A DNA stretch of 64,000 bases from Opitutia bacterium UBA3534 (GCA_002376875.1 DFOT01000003.1:37191-101190); one strand, 5' to 3'; numbered from the stretch's first letter, positions 8,265-17,976 are shown. Notes: generated from the letters alone by a model not told the origin. Program-made: numbers and translations.

Positions 8265-9860
8265 ATGAATATGCTATATGACCCCAGAGAGTCTTTCCAA
8301 AGGCTGCGTGTTACCTTTTTAACCCTAGCAATAGCAGCGGCCTTCGGCGTGACGCCAAGGATAGCACTTGCTGATATCGATGAAGATTTCTTGTTTACTA
8401 ACGGAAATACCTCCTCGAGTCGTTCTCAAATGAATGGAAGACAGCAAGGAATGCAATCCACCACTAGAAACGGACGTGCACTCTATAAGATGCGTGTCGG
8501 AGAAACTAAAAACTTCTCCCTTAAAGGAACAGCGGAAACGATTAATGTCGAAACCCCTGATGTTGTAGAGCTCTTTTTACCAGAGCCTGGAACGTTATCC
8601 ATAACAGGAGTAGACAAAGGTGTAACTACCTTAGCTATTCGTTATGAGGATGGCTCCATCAACATGCTAGGTGTCATTGTTTCCGAAGAAGGCGAAATCC
8701 CTGCTGACATTTTGTTAACCCGGCTCGAGACAGCTTTGGGCAGTGTGGATGGATTGAGCCTCGAAGTTCGTGAAGGTAAAGTTCTTATTACAGGAACTGC
8801 AGATACTCGTAACAAAAACTACTATAAACAAGTAGTAGGTTTGTTTAGAGATGAAGTGATCAGTCGTGTTCGGTTTACGGACGAGATGATTTCACCTGCG
8901 GCTTCTGACATGATGGTTGCCTCAAACATCGCTCAGCCAGATGACATGACTCCTTCAACAGGGATTGTCCAAGTTGATGTGAAGATTGTTGATGTTAACC
9001 TCGATAGAGCAAAGCACATTGGTGTTTCTTGGTTTAATACAGGAACAGGTGCTGCCTTCAACGGAGATTATGGCGTTCAGTCTGGTGATGGAGCAACAAG
9101 CCCTGGTGGAGGCGGTAGCCGCCTTTCAGTAGGAGGCTTGCTTTCTGTTGAAGACCTTGATGCTAAACTTCGTTTCTTGGTGAATCGTAGTGCAGCCCGT
9201 TTGCTTGCAACACCTAAGCTTGTTGTTGCCAGTGGCGAGACTGCTAGCTTCAATGTAGGTGGAGAGATCCCTATTGTTCGTGAGACTAACGAAAACTTCT
9301 CTGTAGAATATAAGAAGTTTGGTACCTTACTTGAAGTGACTCCTGTGATTATGGGTACTCACTATGTCGATGTGCACGTGAAGTCTACCCTAAGTTCTAT
9401 TGATGAAAACTTAGTTGTAGGAAGCTCGAACATGCCTGCTTTCAAAAACAAAGATGCAGACACCCGTTTGACAGTGAAAAGTGGAACCACTTTTGCCCTT
9501 GCAGGCCTTATTCAGCAAGAAGAGTCAAACAGTCATTCAAAGCTCCCTGTTTTGGGTGATGTGCCAGGACTTAGCCTTGTCTTTAAGAATAAGTCTCGCT
9601 CTTTTACAACTACGGAAACCTTGGTTTTGATGACACCCTACCTCGTTACCGATGTTGATAATCGTTTGACTCATGATAAGAAGCCAATGTTAGGCAGTGA
9701 ATCTATCATTGATGTTTTGAATGCAATGGACGGCAACTTAGTGCCTGAAGATTACAGCAGAACTCAAGACATTAGTGACTCAGGTGCCTACGAATTTGAC
9801 GAGCATGAGCATTTCACTATGCGTCAACACCGTCGCAGGAACCGTGTACGAGGTCGATAA
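8265..9860 (+). CDS. cpaC: Tad pilus secretin (CpaC/RcpA family)
   Basis: Secretin C-domain (LLATPKLVVASGETASFNVGGEIPI...KLPVLGDVPGLSLVFKNK...TLVLMTPYLV). A signal-peptide-like segment LTLAIAAAFGVTPRIALA follows ATG 8265. The track alternative start is TTG 8208. Confidence 0.85.
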   Translation: MNMLYDPRESFQRLRVTFLTLAIAAAFGVTPRIALADIDEDFLFTNGNTSSSRSQMNGRQQGMQSTTRNGRALYKMRVGETKNFSLKGTAETINVETPDVVELFLPEPGTLSITGVDKGVTTLAIRYEDGSINMLGVIVSEEGEIPADILLTRLETALGSVDGLSLEVREGKVLITGTADTRNKNYYKQVVGLFRDEVISRVRFTDEMISPAASDMMVASNIAQPDDMTPSTGIVQVDVKIVDVNLDRAKHIGVSWFNTGTGAAFNGDYGVQSGDGATSPGGGGSRLSVGGLLSVEDLDAKLRFLVNRSAARLLATPKLVVASGETASFNVGGEIPIVRETNENFSVEYKKFGTLLEVTPVIMGTHYVDVHVKSTLSSIDENLVVGSSNMPAFKNKDADTRLTVKSGTTFALAGLIQQEESNSHSKLPVLGDVPGLSLVFKNKSRSFTTTETLVLMTPYLVTDVDNRLTHDKKPMLGSESIIDVLNAMDGNLVPEDYSRTQDISDSGAYEFDEHEHFTMRQHRRRNRVRGR

Positions 9861-9914
9861 GTCTAACCTTTTATACGTATAGCCCTATTACCTCCTTAAG
9901 AATACCCCTCATAA

Positions 9915-11522
9915 ATGTCCTATTTGGTAGAAGCCATACTCGATGATTTACCTGTTCAGGGTCTCCCCTTTCAAGATGGGGAGATCGTGTTCGGGTCCAA
10001 GTCAACTTGCAGTATGGTGCTTGAGGGAGACGGCGTAGAGTCCGAGCATGCTAGGTTAGTTATTGCTGGGGATTCTATGCGTTTATGGAGGTTGTCTAAA
10101 AAAGAACCTCTTTATGTAAATCGTAATAGCGTCAACTCGACGATTATTACACGTGATGATGTTCTTCATATAGGTCCTTACCTGATTAAGTTCATTGACT
10201 CTGGTTTTGATGAGTCTGGCGGGGCCTATGATACAACTGGTCTAAAGATGAGTATCCACCAGTCTTTAGTGGTGGAGCTCGATTTAGGCAAGTTAGATCT
10301 CAAAGAGTTAAGTGACCATGACCTTTGGGTAAAGTGTGATCGCCTTATTGATCGGATCATTAAGGATGCGTATATCCCTTCAGGGGTTGATGTTAAGAAG
10401 CTCAAGCTTGACGTCTTGCGTGAAGCTTTAGCCTTGGGCCCCTTAGAAGAACTCCTTGAGGATGAAGCAGTCACTGAAATTATGGTGAATGCTAAAGATG
10501 AGATCTTCATTGAAAAAGGAGGTAATCTGACAAAGACGGAACTCGCGTTCACTTCAGATGCGCAGGTAGTTAACGTGATTAGTCGTATCGTTAATCCTTT
10601 AGGAAGACGTATTGATGAAAGCAGTCCTTTGGTAGATGCTCGTCTAAAAGATGGCTCTCGCGTTAATGCGATTATTCCTCCTCTAGCCCTTAAAGGCCCT
10701 AGTATTAGCATTCGTAAGTTTGCTAAGGAAAAATTTAAAGCTGAGGACTTAATTGGGTTCGGAAGTATTACCGCTGAAATTGTTGAATTCCTTAAGTTTT
10801 CAGTTTCTTTTGGGAAGCGTAACGTAGTTATTTCTGGAGGTACAGGGTCGGGTAAGACGACCTTGCTTAACCTTTTATCTAACTTTATTCCTGATAAAGA
10901 ACGTATTGTAAGTATCGAAGACTCTGCCGAGCTTCAACTTAATCAGCCTAATTTAGTTTCTTTAGAAGCTCGTCCCCCTAATATTGAAGGGAAGGGCGCT
11001 ATTACTATCCGTGATTTGGTGAAAAATTCACTTCGGATGCGCCCTGACCGTGTGGTTGTGGGTGAGTGTCGTGGTGCTGAGACATTAGATATGTTGCAGG
11101 CGATGAACACCGGTCACGATGGTTCGTTAACAACTTTGCACGCTAATGATGCTGCAGAGGCTGTTTTACGTATTGAGACCATGGTTATGATGGCTGGGTT
11201 TGATTTGCCTGTAGCAGTGATTCGTCGTCAGATTTGCTCAGCGGTTAATATCATTGTTCAGCAAAATCGTCTGACGGATGGTTCACGACGCATTACTCGT
11301 GTGTGTGAGGTTGTAGGGATCGATGGGCTGGATGTATTGATGGAAGATATTTTCCTTTTTAAGCGTACGGGATTCAACGATGAAGGCCGTATTACAGGGT
11401 ACTTTACGGCGACAGGTTATGTACCTCAATTCGTAAAAGATGCCGAAAAAGTCGGAATGAAATTAGATAGTAAGATTTTTGAACCTACACCTCCTCCAGG
11501 AGGTCAAGAGCCTAGCATGTAG
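9915..11522 (+). CDS. cpaF: CpaF/TadA-family secretion ATPase with an N-terminal FHA-like domain
   Basis: 535 aa. The N-terminal ~95 aa are FHA-like (IVFGSKSTCSMVLEGDGVESEHARLVI...VLHIGPYLIKF). The T2SSE core has Walker A GGTGSGKTT and the motifs ECRGAE and MNTGHDGS. Confidence 0.9.
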   Translation: MSYLVEAILDDLPVQGLPFQDGEIVFGSKSTCSMVLEGDGVESEHARLVIAGDSMRLWRLSKKEPLYVNRNSVNSTIITRDDVLHIGPYLIKFIDSGFDESGGAYDTTGLKMSIHQSLVVELDLGKLDLKELSDHDLWVKCDRLIDRIIKDAYIPSGVDVKKLKLDVLREALALGPLEELLEDEAVTEIMVNAKDEIFIEKGGNLTKTELAFTSDAQVVNVISRIVNPLGRRIDESSPLVDARLKDGSRVNAIIPPLALKGPSISIRKFAKEKFKAEDLIGFGSITAEIVEFLKFSVSFGKRNVVISGGTGSGKTTLLNLLSNFIPDKERIVSIEDSAELQLNQPNLVSLEARPPNIEGKGAITIRDLVKNSLRMRPDRVVVGECRGAETLDMLQAMNTGHDGSLTTLHANDAAEAVLRIETMVMMAGFDLPVAVIRRQICSAVNIIVQQNRLTDGSRRITRVCEVVGIDGLDVLMEDIFLFKRTGFNDEGRITGYFTATGYVPQFVKDAEKVGMKLDSKIFEPTPPPGGQEPSM

Positions 11523-11527
11523 AGCTT

Positions 11528-12373
11528 ATGATTAACTTAGCATATATTCTTATTTTTACTTCTATCACACTTTTCTTTTTTGTGATCGAGGATATTGTTC
11601 ATTATAACTATGCTGCGATGCAGGATCACCTGCATACAACACGCGCAGAGCGTCAGAATGGTTTAGATTCTTTGCTAAGCTCTGAAGAGAACCAACTTTG
11701 GATTGCCTTAGGCATTGGCGCTTTATGTGCTTTAGTTGGGTTTTATCTTTTAGGCACTATTGGGTCAATTGGCTTTGGTCTACTTGGTGCTTGGGCGCCT
11801 TTGCTTTTAGCTCGTTTGCGTGAAGCCCGTCGGATTAAGACTATAGAGCTTCAGCTCGTGCCCACCTTGAATCTTCTTTCAAACTCTGTACAATCTGGGA
11901 AGACTCTCCAGCAGGGGCTAGAGGAAGTTTCCTTAACCGCTGACTATCCTATTTCTTCAGAGCTTTCTTTAGTGGCCCGTCAAGTTCGAGTGGGGCTTTC
12001 TCAAGAGGATGCATTAAACTCTTTTGCAGATCGTGTGCCTTTACCTGATGTTAACCTGACTGTTCAGGCAATGATCGTCTCTTTACGTACAGGTGCTAAT
12101 TTGCCTCGAGCCATTAAGCTGATTGCGGATTCTGTTATGAATCGTATGCATGTAGAGGCTAAAATCCGCGTGTTAACCGCGCAAGGGAAGGCTCAGGGAG
12201 TTGTGCTTGGTTTAGCGCCTTGGGCAATTCTAGGTGTATTCTATTTAATGAGTCCTGAGTATGCTTCTGTGATGTTTACTACAGGTTTAGGGAATTTTAT
12301 TCTTATAACAGTTCTTATCCTGGACCTTTTAGCGATGTTTTGGATTAACAAAATTATTAGTATCGACGTCTAA
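11528..12373 (+). CDS. tadB: Tad inner-membrane platform protein TadB (T2SSF domain)
   Basis: 281 aa polytopic protein. T2SSF-like segment LNLLSNSVQSGKTLQQGLEEVS...LSQEDALNSFADRVPLPDV. Positioned directly after the ATPase gene. Confidence 0.8.
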   Translation: MINLAYILIFTSITLFFFVIEDIVHYNYAAMQDHLHTTRAERQNGLDSLLSSEENQLWIALGIGALCALVGFYLLGTIGSIGFGLLGAWAPLLLARLREARRIKTIELQLVPTLNLLSNSVQSGKTLQQGLEEVSLTADYPISSELSLVARQVRVGLSQEDALNSFADRVPLPDVNLTVQAMIVSLRTGANLPRAIKLIADSVMNRMHVEAKIRVLTAQGKAQGVVLGLAPWAILGVFYLMSPEYASVMFTTGLGNFILITVLILDLLAMFWINKIISIDV

Positions 12374-12384
12374 TCACCAAAAAA

Positions 12385-13290
12385 TTGGCAATCATGAGTC
12401 TCCAAGCTTTTTCAGTATATCAATTTGTTCTTTTCCTCGCATTCTTTCTCTTGTTTGCGACGGTTCTAAACCTTTACTACGACTATCAAAGACGACTGAA
12501 GCTTATGCGTCGTGTTCATACAGAATACGAGCAAGAGAAGCTCAAGGGTATTTTTGGTATTCTAAAGCCATTTTTACAAGACGTTGTAGAGATGATGCAT
12601 GGATTCCCTCGTGGGCGTGAAATGTTGCGTGGCAAGAATAAGCAATACCTTAAGATGCTAGCGCGTGCAGGAAACCCAGGTATGCTCACAGGTGAAGAGC
12701 TCTACATGCTCAAATTTGTGGCTCCTTTAGTTTCCTTAGTGCTTATGGCCATTGTTTTGCAAGGAGATTGGGTTATTATTGTGGGTGTTATGGGCTTCTT
12801 TTATATTGCTCCAGAGATGTGGATTGGGGGTATGGTTGCTCGTCGTATGGCACTCATGAAGCGAGTCCTCCCTGATGCGATGGATAGTATTGCCTTAATT
12901 ATGCGTGCGGGTCTAGACCTCAGTCAGGCCATTGAAGTTTACGTGAATGGGAAAGACCAAAATATTTTAAAGACAGAGTTTGGAGTGCTTCAGTCAGAAA
13001 TGCGTGTAGGTAAAACACGAATGGAAGCTTTAGAAGATATGGCCAATCGAATTGGTCTTCCTGAATTAATTAATTTATCTACAGCGGTAACTCAGGCGGA
13101 AAAGTCTGGTATCTCTGTAACTGACTATTTAGCCCAACAGGCGGACGAATTACGCATGGATCGTTTCCGCCGGGCTGAAGAAGCAGGGCAAAAAGCCCCG
13201 CTTAAAATGTTAATGCCTCTGATGTTGTTTATTATGCCTGGGGTATTTGCTGTTATTTTTGGTCCCATGTTAATTTCATTCTTTAAATAA
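12385..13290 (+). CDS. tadC: Tad inner-membrane platform protein TadC (T2SSF domain)
   Basis: 301 aa. T2SSF-like segment LPDAMDSIALIMRAGLDLSQAIEVY...TRMEALEDMANRIGLPEL with a C-terminal TM pair. Confidence 0.8.
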   Translation: MAIMSLQAFSVYQFVLFLAFFLLFATVLNLYYDYQRRLKLMRRVHTEYEQEKLKGIFGILKPFLQDVVEMMHGFPRGREMLRGKNKQYLKMLARAGNPGMLTGEELYMLKFVAPLVSLVLMAIVLQGDWVIIVGVMGFFYIAPEMWIGGMVARRMALMKRVLPDAMDSIALIMRAGLDLSQAIEVYVNGKDQNILKTEFGVLQSEMRVGKTRMEALEDMANRIGLPELINLSTAVTQAEKSGISVTDYLAQQADELRMDRFRRAEEAGQKAPLKMLMPLMLFIMPGVFAVIFGPMLISFFK

Positions 13291-13301
13291 AAGTTAAGAT
13301 T

Positions 13302-14189
13302 ATGAGCGAATTCGAAACATCCCCCTCGCTTGAAGCCACCGAGCACTTGGTTCTCGTCGTGACAGAAGGCCATGACCAAGGAGAAGCCTACCCCTTAGGA
13401 TCCGAAGAGGTTGTCATAGACGATCGATTCTCCATCTCTTTCAAAAATGGCGTTTACTTGATGCGCTCTTTGACAGAGCGAGAAGTTATGGTCAGTGACG
13501 TGCTTGCCATGGAATCGATTGTTTCTAAGGGTGATACCTTGGTGACAGAATCGTCTGAATATGAACTGCGCGCAGCAGGCGAAGAAGAAGAGAGTGGTAG
13601 CAAAAGCATCATCTATCTGTTCTTGATTATTGCAGCTGCAGCCATGGGTGTCATTTTATTGTTCCCTAATTATGTTCCTAAGATTGTAGATCTTGAAGGT
13701 ATCCAGGGTGCGCCAGAAACAATGATGCCGATGGGCGAGGATGAATGGGATCGCTTCGAAAGTGATGACATGGATGAAGGGCCTCGTGAATACTCTTTGG
13801 CAGAGCGCAATCAGATTTTAGCTAGAGCTCGTCTGAACGTGTTACTCGCAGACCGTCAGGTTAAGGAGAGTACAACGCGTCATGGTAACGTTTTTTGGGC
13901 AATTAAAAGACTTGAAGAAGCTGAGGTAGAGCTTAATAAGTTAGATCCTGTCCCTGATTTATTCGATGAAGTCCAAGAAAAGAAAGTAGCTTACCAAGAA
14001 AAGCTTAATCTTATGAAAGAAGATCTTATGAATAATGCTAAGATTGCTTTAGAGGCTGGAAATACAGACAGTGCTAGACATGCCTTTACAAAGCTTTTAA
14101 GTATTACTCAAGACCCCAGAGATCCTACTTATATTGAAGCCCTCGAATACCTCCGTCTTTTAGGAAATCAAAAGAAAACCTCCGAATAA
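13302..14189 (+). CDS. Tad-locus membrane protein: FHA-like N-terminus, one TM helix, helical/TPR-like C-terminus
   Basis: 295 aa. N-terminus LVLVVTEGHDQGEAYPLGSEEVVIDDRFSISF...GDTLVTESSEYELR is a degenerate FHA-like pattern. TM helix IIYLFLIIAAAAMGVILLF. The C-terminus (ALEAGNTDSARHAFTKLL...YIEALEYLRLLG) looks TPR-like. Confidence 0.5.
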   Translation: MSEFETSPSLEATEHLVLVVTEGHDQGEAYPLGSEEVVIDDRFSISFKNGVYLMRSLTEREVMVSDVLAMESIVSKGDTLVTESSEYELRAAGEEEESGSKSIIYLFLIIAAAAMGVILLFPNYVPKIVDLEGIQGAPETMMPMGEDEWDRFESDDMDEGPREYSLAERNQILARARLNVLLADRQVKESTTRHGNVFWAIKRLEEAEVELNKLDPVPDLFDEVQEKKVAYQEKLNLMKEDLMNNAKIALEAGNTDSARHAFTKLLSITQDPRDPTYIEALEYLRLLGNQKKTSE

Positions 14190-14208
14190 CCCTTTAACTT
14201 AAAAACCT

Positions 14209-15171
14209 ATGAAAACAAGTGCTAGTTTATTAAACATTCGCAGGATAGGACTCTTGATTGCTGCAGCCATCTTAGGATTGGCCGCAACAGTCTTAGTTAA
14301 AGCCTACGTGAATAAGACAATTGAAAAAGTTTCCGGAGGTGAGCTAAAGGCTCGCTTATTCGCTCGGAAAACAATGGAAGAAGGGTCTGTTATTAAACAG
14401 TCCGACTTGATCTCTGTAGATGTACCTAAACGTTATGTACACTTCAGGGCAGTTCCTTCTGAAGACAAGGGTCTTATCCTAGGCCAGAAAATTGCGGCTA
14501 CGGTTCGCCAGGGAGAAGCTATTCTCTGGGAAGATGTTGCTCTAGAAGAGAGCTACAGTTTATCTGATTATGTAGACGTGACTGAGCGTGGTCTTACCAT
14601 TCGTGTTGACCAGACCAGCAGTTTCAATGGAATGATTGAGCCTGGAGACCGTGTTGATGTGATGGGTGTTCTTTCTGAGCAAAATGTTTCAGGAGGAGAG
14701 GCTACTCTGCAAGTCTTACTTCAAAACGCTTTTGTCTTAGCAGTGAATGATCGTATCGATCGCCAGACATTACTTTCTGTCGGTGGAAGTGCCCAGTCTT
14801 CTGAGGATCGACGTGATGTGAGCTCTGTAACACTGAAGGTTTCTCCAGAAGATGCAGCGATGGTTCTTTTTGCTCAAAACCAAGGCCAGCTCTTCCTCTC
14901 CTTGCGTAATCGCAGTGACATCTTTATCTCCAATATTCCTCCTATTAATACAAGAATGTTTGTAGACATGCTTGCTGCTAAGGAAGATTCTATTGGTGAA
15001 GGACTCCCTCAAGAAGTAGACAACTACCCTGTTATTCGTAGAAATGCGGGTACAGAAAGTAGTGGATACTACCCTGGTGACAAGAATATCCAGCGTGAGC
15101 TCAAAGGAATGGACCCTTATGAGTTCCAGGATAAGGCTATCAACGTAAAGCGCCAGGAAAGAAACCGTTAA
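14209..15171 (+). CDS. cpaB: Flp pilus assembly protein CpaB/RcpC (SAF domain)
   Basis: 320 aa. N-terminal TM/signal anchor (IGLLIAAAILGLAATVLV), SAF-like segment (ARKTMEEGSVIKQSDLISVDVP), and CpaB-like context. Confidence 0.8.
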   Translation: MKTSASLLNIRRIGLLIAAAILGLAATVLVKAYVNKTIEKVSGGELKARLFARKTMEEGSVIKQSDLISVDVPKRYVHFRAVPSEDKGLILGQKIAATVRQGEAILWEDVALEESYSLSDYVDVTERGLTIRVDQTSSFNGMIEPGDRVDVMGVLSEQNVSGGEATLQVLLQNAFVLAVNDRIDRQTLLSVGGSAQSSEDRRDVSSVTLKVSPEDAAMVLFAQNQGQLFLSLRNRSDIFISNIPPINTRMFVDMLAAKEDSIGEGLPQEVDNYPVIRRNAGTESSGYYPGDKNIQRELKGMDPYEFQDKAINVKRQERNR

Positions 15172-15218
15172 GCAAATAACGTAACGCTTGCGTTGCGTGC
15201 CCTAACTAATCAAGTTCC

Positions 15219-15605
15219 GTGGTTTTTAAAAATAGCACTAGCGGCAAAAAGGCCTTTAGGAGATCTAAAGGCCAAGCCGTTGTGGAATACGTCATCTTAA
15301 CGGCCTTCGTGGGTATTGCCTTTGTATGGGCTATAGCACCAATGCTCACTGAAGATTACCGCATGTCGTGGTATGCCTATTATAGTATTCCGTTAAGTAT
15401 TCCTGTTGAATTAGCAGTCTATGATGGCAGGCCTGATGAGCCGCTGTCTTTCACGGACATGAGTAATTGGCTTGGCACTAACGAAGCAGGTTATGACCGC
15501 TGGGCAGGGAATAGAGGTGGAGGCCGTCACGGCACTCATACTCCAGGCGGCGGTGGTCACAACGATGGCGGCGGTGGAGGAAAAAAACCCCGACGTAGGA
15601 GATAA
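15219..15605 (+). CDS. Flp/TadE-like pseudopilin with a Gly/His-rich basic C-terminal tail
   Basis: 128 aa with a GTG start. Prepilin-like motif RSKGQAVVEYVILTAFVGIAFV. The tail is GNRGGGRHGTHTPGGGGHNDGGGGGKKPRRRR. Confidence 0.5.
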   Translation: MVFKNSTSGKKAFRRSKGQAVVEYVILTAFVGIAFVWAIAPMLTEDYRMSWYAYYSIPLSIPVELAVYDGRPDEPLSFTDMSNWLGTNEAGYDRWAGNRGGGRHGTHTPGGGGHNDGGGGGKKPRRRR

Positions 15606-15610
15606 ATTAG

Positions 15611-16015
15611 GTGAATATGCGTAAACATAGAAGAGGTAGAAGTGGGCAGGCTCTAATTGAGTTTGTTATGATTGGTTCTGTTTTTTTTACTGTAGTCTTC
15701 TTTGGTGTCTTCTATGGCCATTATATTAACGTTAAATCTTTATTAAATGTCGCTTCTTATAGCGCAGCCCGTAAGTTTGCAATCACTCAGAATATAGATC
15801 TAGCCACTCAAGCGGCTAATCTCTATGTAGCTCGGGTTGCCTTGCCTGATTCTGTAGTAGTTGAAGTAGACAACGATAACCCTGATTTTGGTGAAGGATT
15901 TATGACTACAGTTTATATGGATATTCCCGTTCCTATGTTTGCCCCTCTTATGGCAATTTTAGGAGGGGGCCCCGGCTATACCATAAGTTCTTCAACACCG
16001 ATGAGTGCGGAGTAA
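15611..16015 (+). CDS. TadE-like pseudopilin
   Basis: 134 aa. TadE N-terminal motif RGRSGQALIEFVMIGSVFFTVVFF. Confidence 0.7.
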   Translation: MNMRKHRRGRSGQALIEFVMIGSVFFTVVFFGVFYGHYINVKSLLNVASYSAARKFAITQNIDLATQAANLYVARVALPDSVVVEVDNDNPDFGEGFMTTVYMDIPVPMFAPLMAILGGGPGYTISSSTPMSAE

Positions 16016-16021
16016 TAATAT

Positions 16022-17077
16022 ATGTTAACTGAAAATTCAGAGCCCCCTTTGCGTAATAGAAAACGATCCAGGAAAGGACAGTTGCTTGTCATTTTTCCTT
16101 TTGTGATCCTTTTTTTCGCAAGTATGCTTTTGATCTCAGTCAATATAGCAGAGCTTTCTACACAACGTATCCGGATCCAAACAGCGACAGACGCTTGTGC
16201 TCTATCGGCAGCACGGATGCAGTCTATGGGGTTCGGGATTGAAGCCCAGCTCAATTACGTGGTTATCGGCCTTATAGTTGCGATGGTAGTCCATATTGTT
16301 CTGCTTGATGGTGGAGGATTCGTCCAACGGATTAAGAATATACGAGATGTTAATAAATATCAGGAGGACGTACGCGATATTTTGGTTCCGTTAGCGATGC
16401 ATTCGGCCGTCATACAGGCGGCGTTGTCTAATGACATTTTCGGGATGTGTACCTACCTCCCGCTTGTGGGAGGACTCCTAAATAGTACTACTATTGCCGT
16501 AGATTTCTGGGGCCTTGGAGATATTTTTACTACCATTATGGGTATGTTTGACATATTTACCGAGAATCAGATGCTGATGTTATCGTTAGGTTTGTCTTTG
16601 ACACTAATTTATCCACCTGGCCCTTGGACTAAGCTTGGGTATGACATTATGCGGATGTCGGATAAGATGGATCAAATTACTACCCTTAATATACCGCCTT
16701 TCATGATGAAAATGGGTGTAGGTTTCGGGGACCGCTTGTATCCCGAGATTGTGACAGTGCTTGGGGCCGCAGGGCTTACTAACCTTGTTTCAGGGAACCC
16801 GCGCATGATCGCAATGTCTTCAGCCCGTCCTTACTTCAATTTATTAGGAGCTGGAGCAGGCCCTCGTGAGCCTGAAATGGATATTGTTACTTTTAGTACC
16901 TGTATGGTGATTCTTGGTCCTTTCTGGCATGAGAAACTTATCGAAACAGGTATGATGGGCTACCTTAATCCGCTGGAATGGCGCTATATGTTAACAGATA
17001 CAGTTATGGCAATTGCTTCAGGTGGTGGGGGTATTATCTCTAAGGACGGCAAGAAAGCCAAGAAAGGCAAAAAATAA
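16022..17077 (+). CDS. TadG-like (Tad/PF13400-type) pilus assembly protein
   Basis: 351 aa. N-terminus SRKGQLLVIFPFVILFFASMLLISVNIAELSTQRIRIQTATDACALSAARMQ resembles the TadE/G-like N-terminal domain. Basic tail GGGGIISKDGKKAKKGKK. Confidence 0.55.
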   Translation: MLTENSEPPLRNRKRSRKGQLLVIFPFVILFFASMLLISVNIAELSTQRIRIQTATDACALSAARMQSMGFGIEAQLNYVVIGLIVAMVVHIVLLDGGGFVQRIKNIRDVNKYQEDVRDILVPLAMHSAVIQAALSNDIFGMCTYLPLVGGLLNSTTIAVDFWGLGDIFTTIMGMFDIFTENQMLMLSLGLSLTLIYPPGPWTKLGYDIMRMSDKMDQITTLNIPPFMMKMGVGFGDRLYPEIVTVLGAAGLTNLVSGNPRMIAMSSARPYFNLLGAGAGPREPEMDIVTFSTCMVILGPFWHEKLIETGMMGYLNPLEWRYMLTDTVMAIASGGGGIISKDGKKAKKGKK

Positions 17078-17088
17078 CGCTTTAAACT

Positions 17089-17976
17089 ATGGAGCCTATA
17101 AAACACAGATCACATAAGAGAAGACGCTCAGGTCAGGCTATGGTTGAGTTCATTCTTGTTATGCCTCTTATTTTGGGGATGATCTTTTTGATGGCCCATG
17201 TGCATCAAATTCAATGGTCCTCTCAGAAGCTGGCTTCTTGTTTATGGTATGCGATCCGCGGAAATTCTTATCCTGCCTGGGCTGGGCCCGAGAATGATAT
17301 CCAAAAAGATGTAGAAGCCGTTTTCCCAGATAACTATGACGTAGAAGTAAGCTACGGGCTAGGCTTTGACATGATTGCTGCTGCGGCTCTTGGGGCCAGT
17401 ATCATGAACCCAGTGAATCCTTCTGTTCCTATTTATGGACGCGTCAGTATCGAATTTGAGAGCCCTTATGCGACTTTCCCTTTTGGTTTATCGGGCAAGA
17501 GCGTAGGGGATGTTGCCTTCGGGGATAAAATCGCCCTTTCTGATGATGGTGTTTTTGTTTCTACGATTATTTCTCGCTCTTTGGCAGCCACAAGCTTCCA
17601 GGAAACTTTTGCGGATCAGTTCTTAGGGTTCTTTGCTGAGATCCCGCAGCATTTTGCTAGCTTCTTTACTGGAGGTGGACAAGTAGAGGTAGATGCAGGT
17701 ATGGCTGCTGACAAGGAAGAAGCCTTCCAGAACTCTCAAGAAGAGAATAAGGAAGATGAAGATAAAGATTCTGATAAGGAAGAAGAGGAGGCTGAAGAGG
17801 CCAGAGAGCAAGCTGAGCAGACTACAGAAGATTTCGAACAAGGTTTAGACGAGGGTAGAGAGGCAAATCAAGATGCTGGAGATGAAGAAAATCAGCAGTT
17901 CGAAGATATTCAAGGCCAGTCTACCGATGCTCAAGGCGATGCTGAAAGCTCAGTAAACCAGATGCTTAATTCTTAA
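17089..17976 (+). CDS. TadE-like pseudopilin with a long acidic C-terminal tail
   Basis: 295 aa. TadE motif RRRSGQAMVEFILVMPLILGMIF. The last ~95 aa are D/E/Q-rich (NKEDEDKDSDKEEEEAEEAREQAEQTTEDFEQ...). Confidence 0.6.
   Translation: MEPIKHRSHKRRRSGQAMVEFILVMPLILGMIFLMAHVHQIQWSSQKLASCLWYAIRGNSYPAWAGPENDIQKDVEAVFPDNYDVEVSYGLGFDMIAAAALGASIMNPVNPSVPIYGRVSIEFESPYATFPFGLSGKSVGDVAFGDKIALSDDGVFVSTIISRSLAATSFQETFADQFLGFFAEIPQHFASFFTGGGQVEVDAGMAADKEEAFQNSQEENKEDEDKDSDKEEEEAEEAREQAEQTTEDFEQGLDEGREANQDAGDEENQQFEDIQGQSTDAQGDAESSVNQMLNS

Noticed and set aside
10226-10711. Antisense or alternative-frame ORFs inside larger genes. Examples: 10226..10711, 45162..45650, 45657..45935, 47871..48281, 48529..48813, 50768..51094, 51750..52133, 56193..56513, 19177..19506, 19994..20329, 21630..22028
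   Set aside because: Each lies entirely within a longer ORF that has clear family motifs on the other strand or frame. None shows recognisable domains, so they are treated as non-coding shadows.
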